From positions 1 to 56,233 of the forward strand of contig CAKKPH010000085.1 in the NCBI GenBank assembly GCA_919901585.1: 56,233 bases of DNA. Reading direction: 5' to 3'. The number at the start of each line of letters is the position of its first letter. Position 1 is the stretch's first letter. Source of the stretch: Thermodesulfovibrionales bacterium. Its GTDB lineage: Bacteria; Nitrospirota; Thermodesulfovibrionia; Thermodesulfovibrionales; UBA9159. The position numbers were made by a program, and so were the translations under genes. The notes under the pieces were generated by a model. The model saw only the letters and a program-made list of their open reading frames with translations. It did no database searches and was not told the DNA's origin. Positions 19,385 through 29,143 of the stretch are shown here, piece after piece.

Positions 19385-20155
19385 TTATCTCTTTTTGTAA
19401 ATCTCAAGAGCCTCTTTTGCAGACGCGCCCTTATGTACGATAGCCCTTACCGCCTTGATCATACCGACAGGGTTATCGCTCTGGAATATATTTCTTCCCA
19501 TATCTACGCCTGATGCCCCTGCCTTTATAGCGTCTTCTGTCATCTGCAGGGCATCCGTCTCGGGTATCTTCTTGCCTCCTGCGATAACGACCGGCACCGG
19601 ACACCCCTCAACCACCTTGTGAAAATCATCGCAGTAATAAGTCTTGACAAAATGCGCTCCGATCTCTGCCGCTATCCTGCATGCCAGTCCGAGATACCGC
19701 GCATCCCGCGCCATGTCCTTGCCCACTGCTGTTATCGCAAGGACCGGCATGCCGTACCTCTCAGCCTCATTTACCAACCTGCCCAAATTTGCTATGGTCC
19801 TGTCCTCGTTAGGCGCCCCGACAAAGATCGACATGCCTACACCCGAGGCATTGAGCCGTATAGCCTCTTCCATAGAAGTTGTGATATCCTCATTCGTCAG
19901 TTCACCGAGTATGCTCGGGCCTCCTGACACCCTCAGGCAGATTGAGGTATCCGTTTTAGGATCAATGCAGTTACGCAAAACACCTCTGGTAACGAACAGG
20001 CTGTCTGCGTAGGGGACAAGGGGAATGACATTCTTCATATCCCTCAGGCCTGTTGTAGGCCCTTGAAAATAGCCATGATCCACAGCAAGCATTACCGTCT
20101 TTCCGGTCTTCGGGTTAAAAATCCTCGAAAGTCTGTTTTTAATGCCAAAGTCCAT
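19385..20155 (-). CDS. DhnA/LsrF-family class I aldolase (LsrF-like 3-hydroxy-5-phosphonooxypentane-2,4-dione thiolase / FbaB-like)
   Basis: 256 aa. The N-terminal stretch NRLSRIFNPKTGKTVMLAVDHGYFQGPTTGL is nearly identical to my recollection of the E. coli LsrF N-terminal region. It has a TIM-barrel aldolase pattern. Confidence 0.7.
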   Translation of the reverse strand: MDFGIKNRLSRIFNPKTGKTVMLAVDHGYFQGPTTGLRDMKNVIPLVPYADSLFVTRGVLRNCIDPKTDTSICLRVSGGPSILGELTNEDITTSMEEAIRLNASGVGMSIFVGAPNEDRTIANLGRLVNEAERYGMPVLAITAVGKDMARDARYLGLACRIAAEIGAHFVKTYYCDDFHKVVEGCPVPVVIAGGKKIPETDALQMTEDAIKAGASGVDMGRNIFQSDNPVGMIKAVRAIVHKGASAKEALEIYKKR

Positions 20156-20205
20156 TCTACCGCTCCCTCCTTTGGTTTTTCAGAGCATCGATGTTTTTGC
20201 ATTTG

Positions 20206-20234
20206 TTGAATAAAGATCACATCTTGATTATAGT
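20206..20234 (+). promoter_or_regulatory. Candidate sigma-70 promoter TTGAAT-N17-TATAGT for the permease operon
   Basis: TTGAAT lies at 20206-20211 and TATAGT at 20229-20234, 45 nt upstream of the ATG at 20279. This is a motif match only. Confidence 0.45.
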
Positions 20235-20278
20235 AATAATAATGAGTCTTCTCCTGTAAATGCAAGACGAAACCGGAT

Positions 20279-21493
20279 ATGGACAGACTTTTAAAGATTA
20301 TATCGCAGTCAATAAAGGCAGTGCGTGCCTTCAAGCTAAGGACATTCTTCTGCCTCCTTAGCGTTGCGCTCGGAATCGCTTCTATAACAATAATCGTGGC
20401 CTCTGTAGAAGGCGCATACAAAAGGGCGTTCGAAATGGTTGCACGTTTCGGGCCAGACTCCCTGCTGGTATTCAGCGGCGGCGAAGAGGCAAGGGCCAGG
20501 GGTGAGAGGCAGAAGACGATCACCTTTGACGACCTTGAGGCTGTCAGACAGCAGTTCGACTCTGCATATCTGGCAGTCCCGATGTTCTCTGCCAGCAGCA
20601 TCAATGTCTCTTATATGGACAAGAAATACCAGACTCAGGTGATAGGCTCTACAAGCGACTACACCCGCGCCTGGACCTGGCCTGTGATACAGGGCTCTGA
20701 CTTCACAGAGGAAGATACAAAGGGGCTGGCCAATGTAGGGCTTATCGGACAACACCTACTGAACGAGCTTTTTGGAGACAAAGACCCTGTCGGCAAATAC
20801 GTGCTTGTCAAAGGCATTCCTGTCCAGATTGTCGGCGTGCTATCAGAGAGGGGGGCCTCAATTTCAGGCTCAACACTCGACAACAGGATTGTCATGCCTA
20901 TAACGACCGTGATGCGCAAGATAAGAAACGAAACAAAATATATATCTGCATTCAGGATCAGGTTCCTTGATCAGGAAAACCTTTATGTTCATGCCGACAG
21001 GCTCAGGGAGTTCCTGAGACAGCGGCATATGATACCTGACGGCGAGCCTGACGACTTCAGGATCGTATCCCCCAAAGAAATAGTTAAATTCCTTGTATCG
21101 CTTACAGGCTCACTCGTTCTCTTCCTCGGGATCACAGGGGTCATATCGTTGGCAGTCGCAGGTTTTGTGCTGGCAAACCTCTTTCTCTTGTCTGTGAAGG
21201 AAAGGACAAAGGAGATAGGCATAAGGAGGGCGACCGGTGCAAAAAAAAGTGATATCCTCATACAATTCCTCGGTGAATCCGTAATAATCACTACCTCGGG
21301 AGGACTGCTCGGTTTTATACTGGGTCTGCTGTCATCAAAGTTATTGGTGCTGATAGCACAGTTCCCTATTCACTTTTCATGGAAGGCATTCGCGATAGGG
21401 CTTGTGCTGTCATGGACTGTCGGCATTGGTTTTGGCCTGCAGCCCGCCACTCGTGCTGCAAACCTGAAACCGATTGAGGCGATAAGGGAATGA
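20279..21493 (+). CDS. ABC transporter permease, MacB-like (MacB periplasmic core domain plus FtsX)
   Basis: 404 aa with an N-terminal TM helix, a large periplasmic domain, and a C-terminal FtsX module carrying the conserved KEIGIRRATGAKKSDI. Confidence 0.88.
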   Translation: MDRLLKIISQSIKAVRAFKLRTFFCLLSVALGIASITIIVASVEGAYKRAFEMVARFGPDSLLVFSGGEEARARGERQKTITFDDLEAVRQQFDSAYLAVPMFSASSINVSYMDKKYQTQVIGSTSDYTRAWTWPVIQGSDFTEEDTKGLANVGLIGQHLLNELFGDKDPVGKYVLVKGIPVQIVGVLSERGASISGSTLDNRIVMPITTVMRKIRNETKYISAFRIRFLDQENLYVHADRLREFLRQRHMIPDGEPDDFRIVSPKEIVKFLVSLTGSLVLFLGITGVISLAVAGFVLANLFLLSVKERTKEIGIRRATGAKKSDILIQFLGESVIITTSGGLLGFILGLLSSKLLVLIAQFPIHFSWKAFAIGLVLSWTVGIGFGLQPATRAANLKPIEAIRE

Positions 21494-22713
21494 AAAGAAT
21501 AGGACTTAATATCAGGATCGCCTTTCATTCTCTCTCTAATTTCAAGCTCAGGACGGCCCTCGCTATGCTCGGCGTCTTTCTCGGCACATTCTCTCTGATT
21601 GTCGTATCAAACCTCTCAGACTCTCTATCCAAAAAAACAGAGACCGAGGTAGAGAGTCTCGGCAAGAACCTTCTTATAGTAAGAAGCGGGGTAGTGCTAA
21701 AAGTGACCAGCAGGACAAACCTATTAAGCGAGGCAACAAACCTGACGTTGGACGATGCAGAGGCCATTGCTGCCGGTTCGGGGTCTGTCAAAGAGGTATC
21801 ACCCTCGAGCAACAGGGCATTTCCTGTCAGGTATAAAAATACAAGCCTCACCAACACCCTCATAGTAGGGGTCACCCCCAATTATCCTGATATCAGGAAT
21901 TTTTTTGTAAAGGAAGGAACCTTTGTAAGTGATAACGATAACAGGGAACTGAACAGAGTTGCAGTCATCGGGAAAAATGTCGCCGAGAGACTCTTCGGCA
22001 ATGAGACACCTCTTGGCAAGAATATACTGATATACAGGGTGCCGTGTCAGGTAATCGGCGTTATGGAGGAAAAAGGGGTTGATATATCAGGCATCGATCA
22101 GGACAACCAGATATTCCTACCTCTTAACACATACCTCAGGAGGTTTGTAAACAAGGACTTTATAAACAGCATCTATGTCCAGACAAACGACGAAAAGTCG
22201 ATCCAGCAAGCCAAGTCAGAGATTGAGTCTGTACTGAGGAAGAGACACAAGATAAAGCCCGGCAATAAAGATGACTTCACAGTCATAGACCTGAAGGACG
22301 TAACAGCGCTTAAGGCTCAGGCTATGGACACCATAACAGTGCTCGGCAGGATATCATCAGTAGTCTCGTTCCTGATCGGAGGCATCGGTATCCTCTCTAT
22401 CATGATACTCATCGTGAACGAGAGAAAGATCGAGATAGGCATAAGAAGGGCAGTAGGGTCGAGAAAAAGGGACATAATCCTCCAGTTCCTTATGGAGTCT
22501 TCGCTTATATCCCTGTCAGGGGGTGTTGTAGGCATGGCGATAGGTTTTGGCGCAAGCCTGGTAATCCTGAAACTGTCCGAGCTGCCTCCGGTAGTATCCC
22601 TGAAAGGCCTTTTATTGTCGTTTATAGTATCCACTGCAGTCGGTATCCTTGCAGGCATATACCCTTCAAAAAAGGCGACAACAATACAGCCTGTGGATAT
22701 AATAAGGTCATAG
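21490..22713 (+). CDS. ABC transporter permease, MacB-like (second copy)
   Basis: 407 aa with the same architecture and IEIGIRRAVGSRKRDI. It overlaps the upstream permease by 4 nt. Confidence 0.88.
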   Translation: MKRIGLNIRIAFHSLSNFKLRTALAMLGVFLGTFSLIVVSNLSDSLSKKTETEVESLGKNLLIVRSGVVLKVTSRTNLLSEATNLTLDDAEAIAAGSGSVKEVSPSSNRAFPVRYKNTSLTNTLIVGVTPNYPDIRNFFVKEGTFVSDNDNRELNRVAVIGKNVAERLFGNETPLGKNILIYRVPCQVIGVMEEKGVDISGIDQDNQIFLPLNTYLRRFVNKDFINSIYVQTNDEKSIQQAKSEIESVLRKRHKIKPGNKDDFTVIDLKDVTALKAQAMDTITVLGRISSVVSFLIGGIGILSIMILIVNERKIEIGIRRAVGSRKRDIILQFLMESSLISLSGGVVGMAIGFGASLVILKLSELPPVVSLKGLLLSFIVSTAVGILAGIYPSKKATTIQPVDIIRS

Positions 22714-22744
22714 GCTTTGTGTTGTATAATTTAGAAGATTGGAT

Positions 22745-23248
22745 ATGCAGACTAAAACTAAAATACCAATAATCCTGCTCTTGACTGTTCTGCTTCTCAC
22801 CTCCTGCACAACAGGAATGAGGCTGAACACAGAGTACATAAATACCCCGGGCGAGTTTCCGGAAAAATTCAGCGTAATACTCTACGGCGCAAGGCATGCC
22901 GAAGACGTCGAGACCGTTGCAATCCTCGATATGGAAGGGGACGGCTATGAGATGATTCCCTTTGCCCCGGAGTATGACTTCACTATAATAAAGGGGCTCA
23001 CGGGTAATGAGGCCTTCCGGAAGGCAAGGGAATTTATCGGTTTTCATCGCGACTATTGGACATACGGCACAAGGAAAATATTCGATGAAAAAGGGAATCC
23101 GATAGGCTACGAGTTGAAGCCTCTTTACACCTCGAGAGGGAACCCTCTGAGATTAAGCTACTATCTTGAAGGAGAAGGCCGGGTGAAGGTATATATACAA
23201 GCCATTCCTGAATTCAGAAAACTGTTTTCTCCCCTGAGGGATGATTAA
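22745..23248 (+). CDS. Uncharacterised lipoprotein
   Basis: Signal peptide with the lipobox LLLTSC. I recognise no family. It directly follows the two permeases. An alternative TTG start lies at 22739. Confidence 0.6.
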   Translation: MQTKTKIPIILLLTVLLLTSCTTGMRLNTEYINTPGEFPEKFSVILYGARHAEDVETVAILDMEGDGYEMIPFAPEYDFTIIKGLTGNEAFRKAREFIGFHRDYWTYGTRKIFDEKGNPIGYELKPLYTSRGNPLRLSYYLEGEGRVKVYIQAIPEFRKLFSPLRDD

Positions 23249-23277
23249 GCTGTCTCACTACCGCCCAACGTATCTTC

Positions 23278-23451
23278 CTGAAGGGCTGGAGGCCGAAGAA
23301 ACATAATAACGACACCTTATAAAATTAATCCAGACTTAATATCATATAAGAATCTTCACTCAGATGCCAATTGCCTTACACATCAATACGAGTTCTGACA
23401 TCTTAATATTATGTCGATCTTATTATGTTTATGAGGTCTTCAGCCCTTCAG
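23278..23451. repeat. Long imperfect inverted repeat (about 36-39-nt arms flanking about 100 nt of AT-rich DNA) between convergent genes
   Basis: The left arm is CTGAAGGGCTGGAGGCCGAAGAAACATAATAACGAC (23278-23313). The right arm (23413-23451) reverse-complements to CTGAAGGGCTGAAGACCTCATAAACATAATAAGATCGAC. The outer 11 nt are perfect and about 30 of 39 positions pair. Confidence 0.6.
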
Positions 23452-23510
23452 TTGTCTTTATCCTGAATAGGCTCGAAACTGTCTGTAAGGTCAAATTGAA
23501 TAAGCTGCAC

Positions 23511-24359
23511 CTAATTATTATTGGTCATCGTCAGGTAGCCTGAAAAGAGTATAAGCCCACCGCCCAGAACAGTCGCGAGATTCAGGGCTTCGTTCAGGAA
23601 GAGCACGCCGAGCATAATAGCCAATACAGGCTCGAGATAGCCGAGTATCGCTGCCCTGTTAGCCGTAACAACCCTTAGCCCCTTGTAATACAAGACAGGC
23701 GCTATAGTGGAATGGACAATCCCCATTACGGCAAGTGCCCAAAGGCTGGAGATAAAATTAACCTTTGTACTTGCAAATGGCAGCAGTATGAGGGCAATGA
23801 TCGAATTCTGAAAAAACGCAATAATAAATGGATGAAACCCCATGGACATAACCCGCATAATGATTAGAAGTATGGCGTAAGCGACCCCTGACAGGAGTCC
23901 TGCAATTATACCTCCGGTATTCCTGTCGCCTTCCATGATCAGGCCGAAAAACTCCTTTACTGATATGCCCAGCATTATCCATAGTCCGGCAGTCGCAACC
24001 GCTATAGAAAGGAGTATCCTTATTGTCAGCTTTTCTTTTAAAAATATCGGCGCGAGGAAGGCCACAAATATAGGCGCAGTGTAATGAGTTAATACTGCAT
24101 TGGCTATTGATGTATGTTTGTATGCATAGAAAAAAGAGAACGTATTTATAAGGCTCAAAGGGCCGAGTATCACGAAATACAAGAAACTTTTTGGTTTTGG
24201 AATCTCCTTTCTGTATCTCTTACTGAAAAACATGAGCCCGAATATAAGGCTCGAAATAACGCAGGAATAAAATATTAATATATGTATCGGAATCCCTGAC
24301 AGTCTGATAACCAGACCAAGTGAACTCCACATAAACAATGCAGCGAGTATATAAAGCAT
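23511..24359 (-). CDS. EamA/DMT-family transporter
   Basis: 282 aa with about 10 TM helices in two EamA-like halves. Confidence 0.8.
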   Translation of the reverse strand: MLYILAALFMWSSLGLVIRLSGIPIHILIFYSCVISSLIFGLMFFSKRYRKEIPKPKSFLYFVILGPLSLINTFSFFYAYKHTSIANAVLTHYTAPIFVAFLAPIFLKEKLTIRILLSIAVATAGLWIMLGISVKEFFGLIMEGDRNTGGIIAGLLSGVAYAILLIIMRVMSMGFHPFIIAFFQNSIIALILLPFASTKVNFISSLWALAVMGIVHSTIAPVLYYKGLRVVTANRAAILGYLEPVLAIMLGVLFLNEALNLATVLGGGLILFSGYLTMTNNN

Positions 24360-24431
24360 AATCTTGAAACCTCCGGATTATACAACCTGACACTGTTTAG
24401 TTTAACATACGTCCGGAGCACTGGACTTATT

Positions 24432-25691
24432 ATGTCCGATAGGTTAAATTTTTATATGGACCTGTTTGGAGGCAACACATCCCGGAGCGAGCCTCTTGCA
24501 TACCGTATGAGCCCTCTTAAGCTCGAGGAATATGCAGGGCAGAAACATATACTCGGCGAAGACAAGCTGCTCAGAAGGGCAATAGAGGCTGACCGGATAA
24601 CATCACTTATCCTTTACGGGCCCCCCGGCACAGGCAAGACAGCGCTTGCAAGGATCATTGCTGCAAGAACTGAGGCACACTTTGAATGGCTGAATGCCGC
24701 CACTGCTGGGCTTGATGACCTTAGAAAGGTGATTCTGTCAGCAAGGTCAAGGAAGTCAAGGGGTGCGCGCACCATACTCTTCCTCGATGAGATACACCGG
24801 TTCAACAAACTTCAGCAGGATGCGCTCCTCCCTGATGTTGAGGAAGGTAATGTCATACTTATTGCTGCTACAGTCGAAAACCCCTTTTTCTATGTGAATT
24901 CTGCACTACTATCACGCAGTCAGGTCTTTGAACTCAAACCTCTGGCTGAGGGAGATATCATTACAATATTAAGAAATGCCCTGCATGACGATAAAAGAGG
25001 GCTGGGCAATATAAAGGTATCTGCAGACGAGGATGCCCTCAGCCACATCACGAGGATGTCTGACGGGGATGCGAGAAAGGCCTTATCTGCTCTCGAAATA
25101 GCTGCGCTCACAACCTCTGAAGGCAAGAACGGCACCATACACATAACCCTCCAGGTTGCAGAAGAATCGATACAGAGAAAGGCAGTTGTATACGACAAAA
25201 ATGGTGACCAGCACTACGACACAATCTCTGCTTTCATTAAAAGCATGAGAGGCTCTGACCCTGATGCTGCGGTCTATTATCTCGCAAAGATGCTTTATGC
25301 AGGCGAAGACCCCAGGTTCATTGCGAGGAGGATAGTCATCTGTGCTTCCGAGGATGTCGGCGAAGCAGACTCTATGGCGCTCGTCATCGCTGTGTCTGCA
25401 TTAAAGGCAGTTGAGTTTGTCGGTATGCCTGAGGCAAGGATACCACTTGCTCAGGCAGTCATATATATTGCCAAAGCGCCCAAGAGCAACGCATGTTACA
25501 GGGCGATTGAGGCTGCTCTTGAAGACATTAAAAACGAGCAGACAATGGAGGTCCCCGACCACCTTAAAGGCACCGGTTATTCAGGGGCCGAGAAACTCGG
25601 GCACGGCAAGGGCTACAAATACCCCCATGATTACGGCGGCTATGTAGAACAGGAGTACCTGCCAAAAAAGAAAAAATACTACAACCCTTAA
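24432..25691 (+). CDS. rarA: Replication-associated recombination protein A (MgsA/RarA AAA+ ATPase)
   Basis: 419 aa with Walker A GPPGTGKT, Walker B ILFLDEIHRFNK and the MgsA C-terminal domain (DQHYDTISAFIKSMRGSDPDAAVYYLAKM). Confidence 0.93.
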   Translation: MSDRLNFYMDLFGGNTSRSEPLAYRMSPLKLEEYAGQKHILGEDKLLRRAIEADRITSLILYGPPGTGKTALARIIAARTEAHFEWLNAATAGLDDLRKVILSARSRKSRGARTILFLDEIHRFNKLQQDALLPDVEEGNVILIAATVENPFFYVNSALLSRSQVFELKPLAEGDIITILRNALHDDKRGLGNIKVSADEDALSHITRMSDGDARKALSALEIAALTTSEGKNGTIHITLQVAEESIQRKAVVYDKNGDQHYDTISAFIKSMRGSDPDAAVYYLAKMLYAGEDPRFIARRIVICASEDVGEADSMALVIAVSALKAVEFVGMPEARIPLAQAVIYIAKAPKSNACYRAIEAALEDIKNEQTMEVPDHLKGTGYSGAEKLGHGKGYKYPHDYGGYVEQEYLPKKKKYYNP

Positions 25692-25707
25692 TACGTATAA
25701 TTAAAAA

Positions 25708-27447
25708 ATGAGACTTACTGAAAACGCACTCAAAGTCCTCAAGGCAAGGTATCTACTTAAGGACAAGAGTGGGGATGTCATTGAAAGGCCTGAGGATATG
25801 TTCAGGCGTGTCGCATCCACAATCGCTTCAGCAGAAAAACAGTTCGGCAGTGACCCCCTTTTATGGGAAGATAAATTCTATGAGCTTATGACAGACCTAA
25901 GGTTCCTTCCAAACTCCCCTGCCCTTATGAATGCAGGAAGGGAGATAGGCCAGTTGGCAGCATGCTTTGTGCTCCCTGTTGATGACTCAATCCACAGCAT
26001 CTTTGACACACTAAGGAACTCTGCCCTGATACTCCAGAGCGGCGGAGGGACAGGCTTTTCCTTCTCGAGGCTCAGGCCAAAGACAGACCTTGTACGCTCG
26101 ACCGGCGGAATAGCGAGCGGCCCTGTATCGTTCATGAAGATATACAATACAGCCACAGAGGTTATCAAACAGGGCGGAGCAAGGCGAGGCGCCAACATGG
26201 GGATACTGCGCATAGACCATCCAGATATCCTCGACTTCATCCGTGTAAAGAGGAACGAGAATGAGCTTGCAAACTTTAACATATCAGTAGCCGTCACTGA
26301 CTCTTTTATGGATGCACTGAAGGCTGACACTGAGTACAGACTGATAAACCCAAGGAACAAGGCTACTACCGGCTCTGTTAAGGCCAGAGACGTATTCGAT
26401 GAGATAGTAGAAAGCGCATGGGAGACAGGAGACCCCGGCCTTATATTCATAGACAGGATAAACAGGTCCAACCCAACTCCTCAGTTGGGGGAAATAGAGA
26501 GCACAAACCCGTGCGGAGAACAGCCACTGCTCCCATATGAGGCATGCATCCTCGGGTCTATCAACCTTTCAAAATACGTGAGAAGGGCATCAGGAGGCAA
26601 CAAACCATCACTCAGGGATATCAGGAAGCATATTGATCTTGATGCGCTTTCGAGTGACATCAGGACTGCTGTCAGATTCCTTGACAATGCCATCGAGGTC
26701 AATAAATATCCCTTGCCTGACATTGAGGTTATGCATAAAGGCAACCGCAAGATAGGCCTCGGTGTCATGGGCTGGGCCGACATGCTGATACTGCTCGGGC
26801 TGCCGTATAACAACAAAACGGCCTTCAGACTCGCAAGAGAGATTATGCGTTTTATAAGCACTACCTCTAAAGAGGTATCAGCAGGGCTTGCAAATGAGAG
26901 AGGCTCCTTCCCAAATTTCGAGGCCTCTGTTTATAATACTTCAGGTATGCCCGGACTCAGGAATGCAACTACGACCACAATTGCACCAACCGGTACGCTC
27001 TCTATAATCGCCGACTGCTCTAACGGCATAGAGCCCATATTTGCAGTTGCATATAAGCGGCTGATACTCAATACAGAACTAATCGAGATAAATAAGTATT
27101 TTTTCAAAATAGCGAGGGAACAGGGCTTTTATACCAAGGAGCTCGAAGAAAAAATAATCAGGGAGGGAAGGCTGACAGGCTTAAAAGAGATCCCCCCTGA
27201 TATAAGGCGCATCTTCAGGACAGCCCACGAGATACTGCCGGACGACCATATAGAGATGCAGGCTGCATTTCAGGAGTACACAGACAATGCGGTCTCAAAG
27301 ACCATAAACATGCCGAAACACGCAAAGAAGGAAGAGATAAGCAGGGCCTTCCTGCTCGCCTACGAAAAAGGGCTCAAAGGGATAACCATATTCAGATACG
27401 GGACTGCAAAGGGGGGAACGCTTGTCAGGTTTGCAGAGTCCGATTAG
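25708..27447 (+). CDS. nrdJ: Adenosylcobalamin-dependent (class II) ribonucleotide reductase
   Basis: 579 aa with the N-terminal ALKVLKARYLLKD motif, the active-site NPCGEQPLLPYEACILGSINL, and class II length and organisation. Confidence 0.88.
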   Translation: MRLTENALKVLKARYLLKDKSGDVIERPEDMFRRVASTIASAEKQFGSDPLLWEDKFYELMTDLRFLPNSPALMNAGREIGQLAACFVLPVDDSIHSIFDTLRNSALILQSGGGTGFSFSRLRPKTDLVRSTGGIASGPVSFMKIYNTATEVIKQGGARRGANMGILRIDHPDILDFIRVKRNENELANFNISVAVTDSFMDALKADTEYRLINPRNKATTGSVKARDVFDEIVESAWETGDPGLIFIDRINRSNPTPQLGEIESTNPCGEQPLLPYEACILGSINLSKYVRRASGGNKPSLRDIRKHIDLDALSSDIRTAVRFLDNAIEVNKYPLPDIEVMHKGNRKIGLGVMGWADMLILLGLPYNNKTAFRLAREIMRFISTTSKEVSAGLANERGSFPNFEASVYNTSGMPGLRNATTTTIAPTGTLSIIADCSNGIEPIFAVAYKRLILNTELIEINKYFFKIAREQGFYTKELEEKIIREGRLTGLKEIPPDIRRIFRTAHEILPDDHIEMQAAFQEYTDNAVSKTINMPKHAKKEEISRAFLLAYEKGLKGITIFRYGTAKGGTLVRFAESD

Positions 27448-27451
27448 GGAT

Positions 27452-29143
27452 ATGGCAGGGGGTTTTAAAAAAAGCCTCGCGTTTAAGTACCTTATTTTTT
27501 GCGGGTTCCTGACGACAGTAACTATTTCGCTGCTGACTCTCTTTTTCGTAGGGAACAATGAGAGGATCATATATAACAGCGTCGAAAATGAGGCGAGGGC
27601 CCTGTTTAAACAGCTTGTGATAACAAGGAGGTGGATTGCTGACCATGGCGGAGTCTTTGTCGAGAAACTGCCGTGGGTGAAACCAAACCCATACCTCTCC
27701 GGCAAGGACGCTGAGATAACAGACATAAAAGGCAGGGTTTTTGTCAAGGCGAGCCCCGCAATGGTGACAAAAGACCTTTCAAGGTATACAAGAGATATGG
27801 GTGGTTACTGGTTCCATATAACAAGCCTCAAGCTAATGAACCCTGAGAATGCCCCTGATGCCTTTGAGAAAGAGTCCCTGAGTGTCTTTGAACAAGGGGC
27901 AGTGAGAGAGATATCGAGGATGGAAAAGATAGATAACCTCCACTACCTGCGATATATTGCACCCTTATATATTGAGTCAGCATGCCTCGACTGCCATGCA
28001 AAACACGGCTACAGGATTGGAGACGTAAGAGGCGCAATAAGTGTCTCTATGCCTGTCGAAAATGTGCTCTCTCAAATAAAGCAAACCAGGAGATATGCCG
28101 CCTTTGCAGCCTTACTCACAATAGTCCTGCTGACCGCATCCCTATACCTGATAATGAACAGGCTTTTCATGCTGCCTGTACGCAGGATGAATTCCCACAT
28201 CAGGGAATTCATGCCAAAAAGTTGCTGTATAAATACGGTTGAGGGGTCAGGAGATGAGCTTGATGAATTAGCCTCGTCTCTTAAGGAGATGGTCAGCACC
28301 ATCAAGGAATACCATTTCTGCATGGAAGAAAAGATAAAGAGTGCGGTGAGCGATCTTGAAGATACAAACATAAGGCTGATGGAGGCAAATAAAAAACTGC
28401 TGGACATCGACAAGAGAAAATCGGACTTTGTGGCAAAGGTCTCGCATGAGCTCAGGACACCGCTCACATCAATAAAGGGAGCGATGGACTATATATCTGC
28501 AAGACTACAGTCCGTAACTGCAGGGGGGAGCAAAAATATCAGCATCCAAGAGTTAAAGAAGCTTGATGACCTCCTCGCCTTCTTCGATATCATAAAGAAT
28601 AACTCTGAAAGGCTGATAAGGATGGTAAACGACATACTCGACCTCGAAAGGATTGAGCAGGGGAATGCTGAAATGCATTTCACAGAAATTGACATGGCCG
28701 CTGTTATAGATGAAACCGTCAAGGGCATCTCTGCTTCTTCTGCTGAGAGAGGCATCGGCATCCATGTCGAGGCTGAAATCGGCGCTTTGGTGCGTGCTGA
28801 TGAGGACAGGATTAAACAGGTGATCATAAACCTGATCTCAAATGCGATAGAATACAGTCCGGTCAACTCCGATATCCAGATCAAGGTGCTCTCAAAGGAC
28901 GGCTCAGCAATTGTTATAGTAAAAGACAATGGCCCCGGCATACCAAAAGAAGAACAGGAGAGGATCTTCGACCGCTTTTACACTATAGGCAGTAAAAAAG
29001 GCACCGGGCTCGGGCTCGCAATATCAAAGGGTATAATAGAGGCACACGGAGGCATTATAGGTATTGTGAGCGACAGCCACAGCGGAAGCTCGTTTTATTT
29101 AAAACTGCCGTTGGCAGCAGAGGCGACATCGTGCAAAACTTAA
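27452..29143 (+). CDS. Sensor histidine kinase with a periplasmic/extracytoplasmic DUF3365-type c-haem (CxxCH) sensor domain
   Basis: N-terminal TM helix and a DUF3365-like segment containing ACLDCHAKHGYRIGDVRGAISVSMP. A second TM/HAMP region follows, then the H-box SHELRTPLTSI and G-boxes DNGPGIP and GTGLGLAISK. The ATG at 27452 avoids overlap with nrdJ. Confidence 0.85.
   Translation: MAGGFKKSLAFKYLIFCGFLTTVTISLLTLFFVGNNERIIYNSVENEARALFKQLVITRRWIADHGGVFVEKLPWVKPNPYLSGKDAEITDIKGRVFVKASPAMVTKDLSRYTRDMGGYWFHITSLKLMNPENAPDAFEKESLSVFEQGAVREISRMEKIDNLHYLRYIAPLYIESACLDCHAKHGYRIGDVRGAISVSMPVENVLSQIKQTRRYAAFAALLTIVLLTASLYLIMNRLFMLPVRRMNSHIREFMPKSCCINTVEGSGDELDELASSLKEMVSTIKEYHFCMEEKIKSAVSDLEDTNIRLMEANKKLLDIDKRKSDFVAKVSHELRTPLTSIKGAMDYISARLQSVTAGGSKNISIQELKKLDDLLAFFDIIKNNSERLIRMVNDILDLERIEQGNAEMHFTEIDMAAVIDETVKGISASSAERGIGIHVEAEIGALVRADEDRIKQVIINLISNAIEYSPVNSDIQIKVLSKDGSAIVIVKDNGPGIPKEEQERIFDRFYTIGSKKGTGLGLAISKGIIEAHGGIIGIVSDSHSGSSFYLKLPLAAEATSCKT

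Noticed and set aside
20092-20604. 170-aa minus-strand ORF spanning the lsrF-like start, the divergent promoter and the permease 5' end
   Set aside because: It overlaps two well-supported genes and an intergenic promoter, and has no domain signature. It is typical spurious long antisense reading. The same reasoning applies to the many 60-200-aa antisense ORFs in the track, for example 3048-3638, 25878-26471, 28489-28941 and 50006-50527.
25692-25707. Cobalamin riboswitch upstream of nrdJ
   Set aside because: The rarA-nrdJ gap is only 16 nt, which leaves no room for a riboswitch aptamer.
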